From NCBI GenBank assembly GCA_027078545.1, contig JALWXN010000004.1, positions 192,001 to 256,000 of the forward strand: 64,000 bases of DNA. Reading direction: 5' to 3'. Numbering within the stretch: the first letter of the stretch is position 1; each line of letters begins with the position of its first letter. Below are positions 1 through 9,951 of this stretch, one piece after another. The notes beneath the pieces were generated by a model. The model was not told the DNA's origin. It saw only the letters and a program-made list of their open reading frames with translations, and searched no databases. The stretch is from Nitrososphaeria archaeon. Its GTDB lineage: Archaea; Thermoproteota; Nitrososphaeria; Geothermarchaeales; JDFR-13. Both the position numbers and the translations under genes were made by a program.

Positions 1-116
1 GCTAGACTAAACAATTATTCACCACTTCGAATCCGAAATAGAAATTTTATATAAGAAGACTTAGGAAATAGCTTATATAGAAAAGAAATATGCTAGGTCA
101 GTGAAGGTGGAACGAG

Positions 117-470
117 ATGAAAATGTCTAGCCGGAACTACAAGGTATTCGCGTTGATCCTGGGCAACGCCCTACTAGTCCTAGCAATATTCCTAGAAACC
201 AGCTTCAGACCCGAAGCCGTCATAGTATTCTCATCATACTTCGTAATATCATCCATACTATCCAGGTACATAGAAAGCCCTGGATCCCTATTCCACATCA
301 CAGTCTCCCTCCTCGTACTATCAATCGTAATATACAACAGGCTCATCGGAGACACGAGAAACATACACATAGACATCGCAGTCTTATCAACATACATGGC
401 AGTCACAACAGCAAGAGAAATATACCACGAAGCAAGGAAGAGACGGCAAACCAACAAACCAAAGCCATAA
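117..470 (+). CDS. Small hypothetical membrane protein (about 4 hydrophobic segments)
   Basis: 117-aa ORF with hydrophobic stretches and a basic tail; SD-like GAAGGTGG and TATA-like elements upstream. Confidence 0.6.
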   Translation: MKMSSRNYKVFALILGNALLVLAIFLETSFRPEAVIVFSSYFVISSILSRYIESPGSLFHITVSLLVLSIVIYNRLIGDTRNIHIDIAVLSTYMAVTTAREIYHEARKRRQTNKPKP

Positions 471-703
471 AACCCCCGGCATAAATACCGAGGGACACCA
501 AGCCACCCAAAAACATCAACAATACAGATAAACAACACCCTCCACCCTTGAGACAGGACAACCAATAGAGGATCGAGGCACGAATCCACAAAGCTGTTGA
601 TGGGTTGCTAGGATAATGGAAGCCGTCTGATGATTCGGTAGGGGGATTTTAGACAGGTTGTTAAATAAATAATGCCATTATAGTTATTTGGGGGCTAAAA
701 CCC

Positions 704-1804
704 GTGTATAAGCAAGGTATTCCCCTAATACTTATAGCAATACTCGTAACCGGGTTAACTCCCATCCAGGCCGTGTCGATTGATGATGATCCTCCCGTAA
801 GGGTGTTGCTGAAGTATATTGATGAGGGCTTCACCCATATAGGGGATGGGGTCTATGTCATCGACTACATGGAATATCTAAAGCCTCGTAACAGGACTGT
901 ATTAGTAAATGGCGAGAAGCTCCCCCGCGAAGCGGAGGAGTTCATGAGTAACCACGTACTGAATTCCCAGATCATGAAGATGTATGAAAAATACGTGTCT
1001 AGCATAAAGTCCCTAGTGGTCACGGCCCTCGAGATCGAGCAGAGCGTCACCGTGATACCCACGATACACCACTACAACGAGAAGAAGGATATAGTCCTCC
1101 TGAGATACCGTATAAACCTCTTCATGGACGACAAGTATAGAGACTTTGTAGAGGCCAAGATAAAGGAGCTCTACCCAGTCCTGATCAGACACTTCAGGGC
1201 ATGGTCGTCAAAGGCAGCTGAACAGTTCTACTACATGACGGGGATAGACATCAGCGGCGAGTATAGGAACGAGACCATCATAGTCCTCATAGCAGACATG
1301 AAGACGGAGCCCCACTACATAGTGGGGAGGGAGGTATATATCCCCAAGGGCTCCAGAGTAGTCGAGGACCCGATCAACGTCACCCACCTAAAAGAGGTGC
1401 TGAGAGACGCCATGAATAGATGGCCAGAGCTGGTGGGCCATGACTACTCATTCGGAATACTCAGGATATTCCTCACAGCATACGACAACCCCCCAACAGA
1501 GGAGATACTGGCGAAGGCAACCATGCTGAGGAGGGAGATACTGGGGAGGGACGACCTACCCATACAGGTAGTCCTCTTCAGAAAAATTCGCATCACCGAC
1601 ATAGAGATAGCCCCATACAGACCAGCAGAGACATCGCTACAGCCCCCCACAGACCCTGAGACCCAGCCCCAAACCCAGGAACAGCAAGACCCAGCGGCCG
1701 AGGAAGACCCGAGCCCAATCACCGCCATAGCCATAACAGCCACCACAGCCACGATACTAGCAGCACTAACCCACATACTGAGACGCATCAGGAGAACAGG
1801 GTAG
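704..1804 (+). CDS. Putative cell-surface protein with signal peptide, P/T/Q/E linker and C-terminal membrane anchor
   Basis: N-terminal hydrophobic segment; PPTDPETQPQTQEQQDP linker; C-terminal hydrophobic helix followed by RRIRR. Confidence 0.7.
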   Translation: MYKQGIPLILIAILVTGLTPIQAVSIDDDPPVRVLLKYIDEGFTHIGDGVYVIDYMEYLKPRNRTVLVNGEKLPREAEEFMSNHVLNSQIMKMYEKYVSSIKSLVVTALEIEQSVTVIPTIHHYNEKKDIVLLRYRINLFMDDKYRDFVEAKIKELYPVLIRHFRAWSSKAAEQFYYMTGIDISGEYRNETIIVLIADMKTEPHYIVGREVYIPKGSRVVEDPINVTHLKEVLRDAMNRWPELVGHDYSFGILRIFLTAYDNPPTEEILAKATMLRREILGRDDLPIQVVLFRKIRITDIEIAPYRPAETSLQPPTDPETQPQTQEQQDPAAEEDPSPITAIAITATTATILAALTHILRRIRRTG

Positions 1805-1840
1805 GAGCCAAGAACCAGCCGGACAACCCCCCACTAAACA

Positions 1841-1857
1841 AGGTAAAACTTATATAC
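1841..1857 (+). promoter_or_regulatory. Probable 16S rRNA promoter (BRE plus TATA box)
   Basis: AGGTAAAA-CTTATATA about 210 nt upstream of the mature 16S and just upstream of a structured leader. Confidence 0.6.
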
Positions 1858-1999
1858 CCACCCCCATAAACATAAAGATGGAACACCAGTCCGTGTGGCG
1901 GTATCCAGGCGACAGAGGCGCCCGCCTCGAATGACCCCTGGATCTCCACACACGGACACACCACCAGATGTCGGTCCAACCGAGGAAAAGATGGTTGGG

Positions 2000-2038
2000 C
2001 CGGAGGAGGGACACGCACAGACAACCCACCAACCCCCC
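2000..2038 (+). other. 5' arm of the pre-16S processing stem (bulge-helix-bulge)
   Basis: CCGGAGGAGGGACAC-GCAC-AGA-CAACCCACCAACCCCCC pairs with 3577-3615. Confidence 0.9.
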
Positions 2039-2062
2039 GCACAGGCTATACTCCCCGCCAAA

Positions 2063-3561
<1,499 letters not shown>

Positions 3562-3576
3562 GGTGTTCTGGGTGGT

Positions 3577-3615
3577 GGGGGGTTGGTGGGTTGGTGTTGG
3601 GTGTCCCTCCTCCGG
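3577..3615 (+). other. 3' arm of the pre-16S processing stem (bulge-helix-bulge)
   Basis: GGGGGGTTGGTGGGTTG-GTGT-TGG-GTGTCCCTCCTCCGG is complementary to 2000-2038. Confidence 0.9.
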
Positions 3616-3660
3616 TTTTGTTATGTTGTTTGTTGTGCTATTGTTTTGATTGTTGTTTCT
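3616..3660 (+). terminator. U-rich tracts after the 16S processing stem, likely the terminator region
   Basis: TTTTG and TTGTTTTG runs immediately after the stem. Confidence 0.4.
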
Positions 3661-4532
3661 AGGTGTTTGTTGAGTTGTTGTGTTGTTTTTGGTGGGTTGG
3701 TTGTTTCTATTCTGTTTTTTCGGGTTTGTTTGTAGTTGTGGGGTTTTAGTGTTTTTTTGAGTTTTTGTAGGGTTTTTTGTTTGTTGGTTTCGATTCTTAT
3801 TATGTATCCTTGTGGTTCGTCGTAGATCATTAGGGTTATGTGTGTGTCTGGCTGGGGTTTGTAGTGTGCCTCTATTTGTGGCCATCCCCAGTTCTGTGTT
3901 GATTCTAGGATTGGTGGTAGGTTGTTTTTGAGTGATTCTTCGAGTATTTTTCGGGCTATGTCTAGGTATGTCCTCATCTTCTCCCTCTTTGTTTGTTGGC
4001 GTGGGCGGGTGTGTCTTGTTATTCGTTCTTGTGTTACTTGTTTGAGTGTGTCTATTCCTTGTCTGACTAGGTTTTTTATGTGGGTTGTGTCGAGGGTTTC
4101 TAGTCTGTATCTGAGGATGGTGAATGCTACTCCGTCTGGGTGGATCTGTTCCTCTATGTCTAGTCCTTGTTGCCGTAGCTTCTCCGCGTTTTTTCTGCGT
4201 ATGTGGTGGTATTTGAAGGCTTCTGGGTATTTCTGCATTAGTTGTTGTAGGAATTCTCCTTTCCATGCTCCTTCCATTGGTTTTACTTCTTCCCATTCCT
4301 GGTCTAGGTCGAAGAGGATTGTTTCGAAGATCTTCTCTTTTGGTGTCTCGAGGGCTAGGATCATGTTGTCCATGTCTATCCAGATGGCTTCTATGGAGTA
4401 GTCCTCGATCAGGCTTACGGTTACTGATCGGTGGTCTATGGCTGTGGCTATCTCTGGGGGTATGGTCTCGTCCTCTAGTACTAGCTCGGTTATGACCCTC
4501 ATCAGGTCGTATGCCTTTGTTAGGCTCCTCAT
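3621..4532 (-). CDS. Hypothetical protein, paralog of 5293..6222
   Basis: Shares L..L...YPEAF....R..A.K core with the 309-aa ORF; ATG at 4532 preceded by SD-like GAGGGGGG (ORF is open to 4556). Confidence 0.75.
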   Translation of the reverse strand: MRSLTKAYDLMRVITELVLEDETIPPEIATAIDHRSVTVSLIEDYSIEAIWIDMDNMILALETPKEKIFETILFDLDQEWEEVKPMEGAWKGEFLQQLMQKYPEAFKYHHIRRKNAEKLRQQGLDIEEQIHPDGVAFTILRYRLETLDTTHIKNLVRQGIDTLKQVTQERITRHTRPRQQTKREKMRTYLDIARKILEESLKNNLPPILESTQNWGWPQIEAHYKPQPDTHITLMIYDEPQGYIIRIETNKQKTLQKLKKTLKPHNYKQTRKNRIETTNPPKTTQQLNKHLETTIKTIAQQTT

Positions 4533-4665
4533 AACTCCCCCCTCTTCTCCTCCCAATGTAAGATGTAATCTTGGGGTATGGCTGTTTTAACTTATTTCTT
4601 GACTAGGTTATCTGTGTCTGGAGAGTGTATTGGTTAAATTTTGATTTAGATATCTATTTTTTGGA

Positions 4666-5331
4666 ATGAGGCTTGCTTTACTGTCTCTCGCTTTGGGAGC
4701 CATATTTCTATATGTTGTCCTTAGTTATCCTCTGGTCTATCCTCTAGCTGAAAAAGATGGTAGAAGGGTATGTCTCGACTTAGAGGCGCTGGAGATAGAT
4801 ATGACGATTATCGTTGTTGGTGAGACTAGTGCCTATGTAGATGGGGTTATAGAGGTGTATATAGATAGGGGTATGGGGGTTGTACGTCTAGAGCCTGATG
4901 ATCTAGATGATTTTGACTGGATGGAGGTTGATGGGCTCGGCATAGTCGTGTTCTATGGCGATTGGCTGGCCAGCCATGTGTCAGACCCGAGGATAGCAGG
5001 CTTTATTGCTGAAATCGAGTTTGATAGGATAGGTCTTGTAGCGATCGATGGCAATACATCTAGCCTCTTTACCCTTCTGGATATGGTGGGTATCTATAAA
5101 CTTGTACAAGAGGGTGGTGTAAAGTGGAACCCTGCATATTCAAATCCTCATGTGGTGGGGTATATGCATCTTGAGGGGGTGATGCCTAATGGAAGCATAT
5201 ACTACTTCCCCTCGATCTTAATGTCGAATAGTAGGCTTGAGATAGATGCGGCTATCGCGATTGCCAATTGGATGGCTGGTGAAGACTACGAGTCAGAGCT
5301 GGACTGTGAATGGGTCCAGCTCCCGGGGTAG
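4666..5331 (+). CDS. Hypothetical secreted or membrane-anchored acidic protein
   Basis: N-terminal hydrophobic signal/anchor; 221-aa ORF; AT-rich promoter-like region upstream. Confidence 0.7.
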   Translation: MRLALLSLALGAIFLYVVLSYPLVYPLAEKDGRRVCLDLEALEIDMTIIVVGETSAYVDGVIEVYIDRGMGVVRLEPDDLDDFDWMEVDGLGIVVFYGDWLASHVSDPRIAGFIAEIEFDRIGLVAIDGNTSSLFTLLDMVGIYKLVQEGGVKWNPAYSNPHVVGYMHLEGVMPNGSIYYFPSILMSNSRLEIDAAIAIANWMAGEDYESELDCEWVQLPG

Positions 5332-6222
5332 TGTATCCCTAATCCACTGCCTCAGTCTTAGTGTTCCTATGAATACTTCTCTGTATAGTAGCTTCTCTGT
5401 ATGGAGTGTCTCTTTATACCTGCCCGTCTCTAGTAGTTCCCGGCGTTTCTCGGGTGTCGCGGGCCTCATCACTACATGGTATTTATGGCTGTCCATCTCT
5501 ATCTCTAGGGCTTTGACCAGCCTGCTCTTCTCCGTTCTGATATGGATCGCCGTGGGGGTCAGGTTGGATAGGTATACTGCCTGGGGTGTCTCGCCGATCC
5601 TGAGTAGGCTCTTCAGAGCAGTCTTCGCGGTCTCGTATAGCTCGTCTGTCGTCCTGGTCTCCCCCCTCCTATAGTAGGGATCGGCGGCGTCTCGATCCCT
5701 ACCCATCTCCCTACACCATCTCTGGAATGCCTCGGTGGCCTCCCTTGTCCTTGCGAGTATCTCGCCCGGCCCCCACCTGGCTATACGGAGCTTTAGCCTC
5801 GTATATGTATAGCTGTTCCGATCCACAATCGTCTCCAGCCTAATATTCATCTCCCTCGAGACTTTCTGAGCCGCCTCACGGGACATATCTAGATGTCTGA
5901 AGGCCTCGGGATACCTCTCCCTAAGGCTCTCTAGGGTGCTGGGGCTACTCCAGTCATCCACGTCCGAGAACTCGTCCTCCGCCCCGGGGTATAGCTGGGC
6001 TATCATCTCGGCTAGCTCATAGCCACCGCTCCTCGCCTCTAGCAGCCTGCCCTGCCGCCTAAGCTCCAGCTCCTCCAGCCTATCATCATCTAGGGTGATG
6101 AGGACCCTCCCCTCGTTTATGGATATGGAATAGTATGGGGCGAATATCGTCTCCCCGATTAGGTGCTTGGCGGCCAGATACGACATATCCAGGTTCTCCC
6201 GGATCTTCCCATGTCTAGTCAT
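5293..6222 (-). CDS. Hypothetical protein, third gene of the TGT-like/nuclease operon, paralog of 3621..4532
   Basis: ATG overlaps the upstream stop by 8 nt; YPEAF motif shared with the paralog. Confidence 0.8.
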   Translation of the reverse strand: MTRHGKIRENLDMSYLAAKHLIGETIFAPYYSISINEGRVLITLDDDRLEELELRRQGRLLEARSGGYELAEMIAQLYPGAEDEFSDVDDWSSPSTLESLRERYPEAFRHLDMSREAAQKVSREMNIRLETIVDRNSYTYTRLKLRIARWGPGEILARTREATEAFQRWCREMGRDRDAADPYYRRGETRTTDELYETAKTALKSLLRIGETPQAVYLSNLTPTAIHIRTEKSRLVKALEIEMDSHKYHVVMRPATPEKRRELLETGRYKETLHTEKLLYREVFIGTLRLRQWIRDTLPRELDPFTVQL

Positions 6223-7441
6223 CTCGATCCCTCCAAAGGATTATGTATCCCTTATTACTCCTATGGTCGTAGCCAATTATTACGACAATTCTGGATAGTT
6301 TTTCCACCCGCCGATTCAGTAGGTCCTTTCCAACTACTCGTGTCAGCAGATCATAGTATTCACTGACTTGTTTAACGGCATTCTTTAAGGATCTCCTCCC
6401 TTCCCTTTCTTCAAACCTATACTTTATCTCTGCTACATACATCTCATTCTCGATAAATCCTATTATATCGGGTCTGCGATTAGCGAGGATCTCCCTTAAT
6501 ACATCTTTATAGGGATCGTGTTTAGTGGGCTCAACATACACTTCACGTATTCCGATGCTGTACAGGAAATTGATGGCTAAACTCTTCCCCAGGACGTCTC
6601 TTTTAGTCATGAACCCATCATTCCTTCCTTCTAGACGGTCTTTATGACTCTCCCTCATTATGGTGTCGGCTAGACTTCTAAGATTTTCATCCCTTATCCT
6701 GTATGTATACCTCTCTACTTCCAAGCCCGCTATTCTGGTTTTCTCTTTTTCGAGTATCTCCAACGAATCCGAAATAGGTTTAAAAAGCTTCTTCTTAACA
6801 TTCTTCTCGACGTCAAGAGACGTCTTCTTAAGCTTCTTTCCATGTCTGTAGTATAGATCGATGCTATATAGGGAGCTCTCTAACTTCTCGACTCTGTAAA
6901 CTGCTGGTCTAGATCCTCGCCTAGGTTCTACTATCCATAAATTAGCTTTTCCAAGTTTCATCTGAAACTTGAGTGTTACTACTTGACCTGCACGTGTTTT
7001 GCTGGGATACTCAGCTAGTAGTGCCACTCCACATCCTCTCTCCTTTTCATAGCTCCATCTCTCAGTGGATAGATATACGTCTCCCATCTTGACTACTATC
7101 TGGTTTATGTTGATGCTTAGAACTATTGGTAAGGTTTTCCTTATCGCTTCGTTAAAGTCTTTTATAAAATTGTAGACGTTGAAGGGTTTGATATTTACCC
7201 AATATTCCCCAGGCTTAAGGCCGCTAAACATTATTTCCTTCTCTTTCTCGCCCCCAAGGTGTCTCCAGTAGTAGATATACTGTTCTCCATCGTGGATCTC
7301 TAATTTGAAGACATCTGTACCCAGCATGTCGCGGGCATATTCAAATGTCAGACCGTGAATAACCAGTGTAGGGTATTTACCTCTCCTAATGACCGCGTTT
7401 GCAAGTATCTCAATGGACTCAGGCCTTATAGTTTCTCCCAC
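6215..7441 (-). CDS. Protein with C-terminal PD-(D/E)xK nuclease domain
   Basis: RRPDIIG...VAEIK...AVKQVSEY gives PD, ExK and QxxxY motifs; lower GC than neighbours. Confidence 0.75.
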   Translation of the reverse strand: MGETIRPESIEILANAVIRRGKYPTLVIHGLTFEYARDMLGTDVFKLEIHDGEQYIYYWRHLGGEKEKEIMFSGLKPGEYWVNIKPFNVYNFIKDFNEAIRKTLPIVLSININQIVVKMGDVYLSTERWSYEKERGCGVALLAEYPSKTRAGQVVTLKFQMKLGKANLWIVEPRRGSRPAVYRVEKLESSLYSIDLYYRHGKKLKKTSLDVEKNVKKKLFKPISDSLEILEKEKTRIAGLEVERYTYRIRDENLRSLADTIMRESHKDRLEGRNDGFMTKRDVLGKSLAINFLYSIGIREVYVEPTKHDPYKDVLREILANRRPDIIGFIENEMYVAEIKYRFEEREGRRSLKNAVKQVSEYYDLLTRVVGKDLLNRRVEKLSRIVVIIGYDHRSNKGYIILWRDRDD

Positions 7442-7444
7442 GGT

Positions 7445-9037
7445 TTACACACCGTGTTCCTTAGATTTTCCAAATAGTTGGAATGGATTTACACCCTCTA
7501 GGATCTCCACTTCTCCGCTATGGGTGATGTATACTCCTCCGGGTCTTAGTAGTCTGGCTGGTTCTCTGTAGGATCCCCACCTCCCAGGCGTGGCTATCCT
7601 CCTCTCCCTGTCTATGTAGGGCTCTTCGATATAGTCTGTTACTAGCCATCCATCCTCACCTATCCCCCTGCCTAGATCCTCGATGGCCGCCTCCCTGGGT
7701 TTTCCACTGGGGCCTAGAAGCCTAATAGTCACGTCGAAGCCTCCTCCCCAGGTCTCCTTCCTTATGGTCATGGATCCCCATCTAGCTGTTAGGACTAGTC
7801 TGGTGACTAGTTCTCTAACCTGGGCTTCACCCTGGTCAGGACTCTCCTCTACTAGGTCTATACCCCTGTATAGGAGGCTGTCGAGTAGGCGGCCTATGTT
7901 GGCCCTGCCTGGCGGCATGTCCCATACCAGGATTATCCTGGTGTCCCGATGTGTATCTATCCATGCTCTAAACTCTTCCAGCACTTGTATGGATATCCGG
8001 CTGGTGTCGAATACCCGGCCCGTCAGGACTAGGTATCTAGGCCTATGCTCACCAGCCATCTTGAGGCCCAGTCTCCATAGGCTGTGCCTCCCACCTATCA
8101 TGAGGTCGTTTAGTATCAAGAGGTCGTCATACGTCTCTAGGATGAGGTCGTATCTCTCCACCCTGTAGTCCCTACTCTCCTCCCCAGCGTAGTGCCTAAT
8201 CAGTTCACGGCTTATCATGAGGTTGTGGAGGGATATGTACCGCCTCTCCCTCCTGAGCCTAGGCCCCGTGGCCAGGCACACATCGCAGTTACAGTGGTAG
8301 AACCCCCTCCTAATGTCTATGGCCTCGCCCAGCCCTCCATACACCGTCATCCTAGTGGCGTCGATAAACCATGAGTATCCAGCCAGCCTTATCCTCTCCG
8401 GATCCAGAGCCATCAGGTCGGGGATGTGCCTAGGCCCGGCCCCACCAAGTACCAACACCTCCTTGAATGGGTATTCGAGGATGAGCTCTAGGAGGTGCTT
8501 CAGATATTCATGGGTGTATCTGATGCCTGCTAGCCCAGCCCTCCTGAGGTAGGGCTCTATATACTGGTTTGTGGATAGGTAGGGAGACGCATGTATAGCC
8601 ACGGTCTCGAAGCCCAGCTCAGCCAGCCTCTCACATGCATATCTCTTATGCTCGGGGTAAGCCCCCTTTACAAGGGGTATTATGTTGAACCTCCCCCTAA
8701 GCCTCTCCACCACCTCTAGAGACTTCAATGTGTTTCGCCAGCTGGCCTCCTCATCGTCTAGATATGTGGGGGTGTCCCAGGCTATTATATAGTCGAAGCC
8801 ATGCTCCGAGGCGAATCCTAGGAAGTCTTGTAGCGTCTCCTCCCTCTCCAGATACTCGTCAGGCATGATGCTTGAGAGTATCAGCTTTATACCGGGGTTG
8901 GCCTCCCTAATAAGACGTATATCCTCCGGGCTTATCACCACCTCGTAGTATGGTAGGACTGCATATCCAAAGTGGTGGGCCGCCTCGGCGAAGATCCTCA
9001 ACGCGTCTCTACCGACTATGGGGATGAAGTGGTCCAT
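7445..9037 (-). CDS. TGT-fold (tRNA-guanine transglycosylase-like) domain fused to a degenerate calcineurin-like metallophosphoesterase domain
   Basis: WDTPT, PLVKG, VLVLG and CNCDVC...SLHNL Zn site; C-terminal LILNDLMIG, LVLTGRVFD and TPGRWG. Confidence 0.75.
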   Translation of the reverse strand: MDHFIPIVGRDALRIFAEAAHHFGYAVLPYYEVVISPEDIRLIREANPGIKLILSSIMPDEYLEREETLQDFLGFASEHGFDYIIAWDTPTYLDDEEASWRNTLKSLEVVERLRGRFNIIPLVKGAYPEHKRYACERLAELGFETVAIHASPYLSTNQYIEPYLRRAGLAGIRYTHEYLKHLLELILEYPFKEVLVLGGAGPRHIPDLMALDPERIRLAGYSWFIDATRMTVYGGLGEAIDIRRGFYHCNCDVCLATGPRLRRERRYISLHNLMISRELIRHYAGEESRDYRVERYDLILETYDDLLILNDLMIGGRHSLWRLGLKMAGEHRPRYLVLTGRVFDTSRISIQVLEEFRAWIDTHRDTRIILVWDMPPGRANIGRLLDSLLYRGIDLVEESPDQGEAQVRELVTRLVLTARWGSMTIRKETWGGGFDVTIRLLGPSGKPREAAIEDLGRGIGEDGWLVTDYIEEPYIDRERRIATPGRWGSYREPARLLRPGGVYITHSGEVEILEGVNPFQLFGKSKEHGV

Positions 9038-9189
9038 TCCACTTAATACTATGGCCTCGTGAGAGATTCATATCCTCGGCGTTTCTGCAACACCCCTAGA
9101 CTGGTGAAACTGTTCATGAATCAGCCTAGTATCCGGGTCTCCACACTATTTATTTCTGGATCTACCCATGTATACCTTGGTGTACCAAT

Positions 9190-9441
9190 GTGCTGGTAAC
9201 GGTGTCTATAAAGGTTAGGAGGGAGGTCGTGGATCTGGCTGATAAGATGGTCCGCCTCGGCCTGGCTAGGAGTAGGTCCCACGCCTTCAACAGGATGATT
9301 GAGAAGGGTCTGGATAAGATTCGGGAGGAGGTGGGCTTCTGGGAGGATACGCTCATTAGGCTTGAGGATCTCTCCAGATCTGGTTATAGGATCAGGCATG
9401 GAGGCCTCTCGAGGCTTTTGGTGGAGGGTAGGAGCAGGTGA
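9190..9441 (+). CDS. Putative VapB-type antitoxin (ribbon-helix-helix-like)
   Basis: VTVSIKV strand plus SRSHAFNRMI helix; GTGA overlap with the downstream PIN gene. Confidence 0.65.
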   Translation: MLVTVSIKVRREVVDLADKMVRLGLARSRSHAFNRMIEKGLDKIREEVGFWEDTLIRLEDLSRSGYRIRHGGLSRLLVEGRSR

Positions 9442-9839
9442 TATGTCTAGACACAGATATAATTATCTCCTACCTCGACGAGCTGGATCCTAACCATCAA
9501 ACAGCTGTGGAGCTCCTATCAGGGATACGTGGCAGGAGAGTGGTGAGCTGGTTGACCATAGTCGAGCTATCCAGCGTCTATTCACGGGCGGGTATGGAGT
9601 CTCCAGCAGCGCTGGCCCTATACTCCATCGAGAAGGTAGGAGCCGAGCTGGTCGACCTAGACATGGAGACGGTCATTAGGGAGGCCCTCAAACTATCCAG
9701 CCGGCTACGCCTTAAGACACTCGACCTGCTACACATATCTGCCTCCCTACAGGCCGGGTGTAGGTTCTTCATGACGCTGGACAAGGAGATTAGGAAGGCG
9801 TCTGATGAGATTGGGAAGATGGGGATTAGGATAATATGA
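9438..9839 (+). CDS. vapC: PIN-domain toxin (VapC family)
   Basis: LDTDII, TIVEL, TLDLLH and MTLDK acidic PIN motifs; 133 aa. Confidence 0.9.
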   Translation: MICLDTDIIISYLDELDPNHQTAVELLSGIRGRRVVSWLTIVELSSVYSRAGMESPAALALYSIEKVGAELVDLDMETVIREALKLSSRLRLKTLDLLHISASLQAGCRFFMTLDKEIRKASDEIGKMGIRII

Positions 9840-9951
9840 ACTCGTGTAAGGCTTGCTGACTACTCCTCATGGTTTGGGGGACTGGGTTCTCGGCGCCAGA
9901 ATATGTGGATAAGAGATTTATTAGAGATGTGTGGATTATAGACAGTTGGAT

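Noticed and set aside
610-660. Box C/D sRNA around CTGATGA
   Set aside because: No properly spaced terminal box D or target complementarity found
7445-9037. Calling the gene tgtA, arcS or dpdA
   Set aside because: Catalytic Asp motifs are missing, there is no PUA domain, it has an extra phosphoesterase-like domain and no dpd partners
3621-9951. Integrated mobile element at tRNA-Ile2
   Set aside because: No integrase, transposase or convincing att duplication; CTCGGCGCCA near 9890 is too short to count
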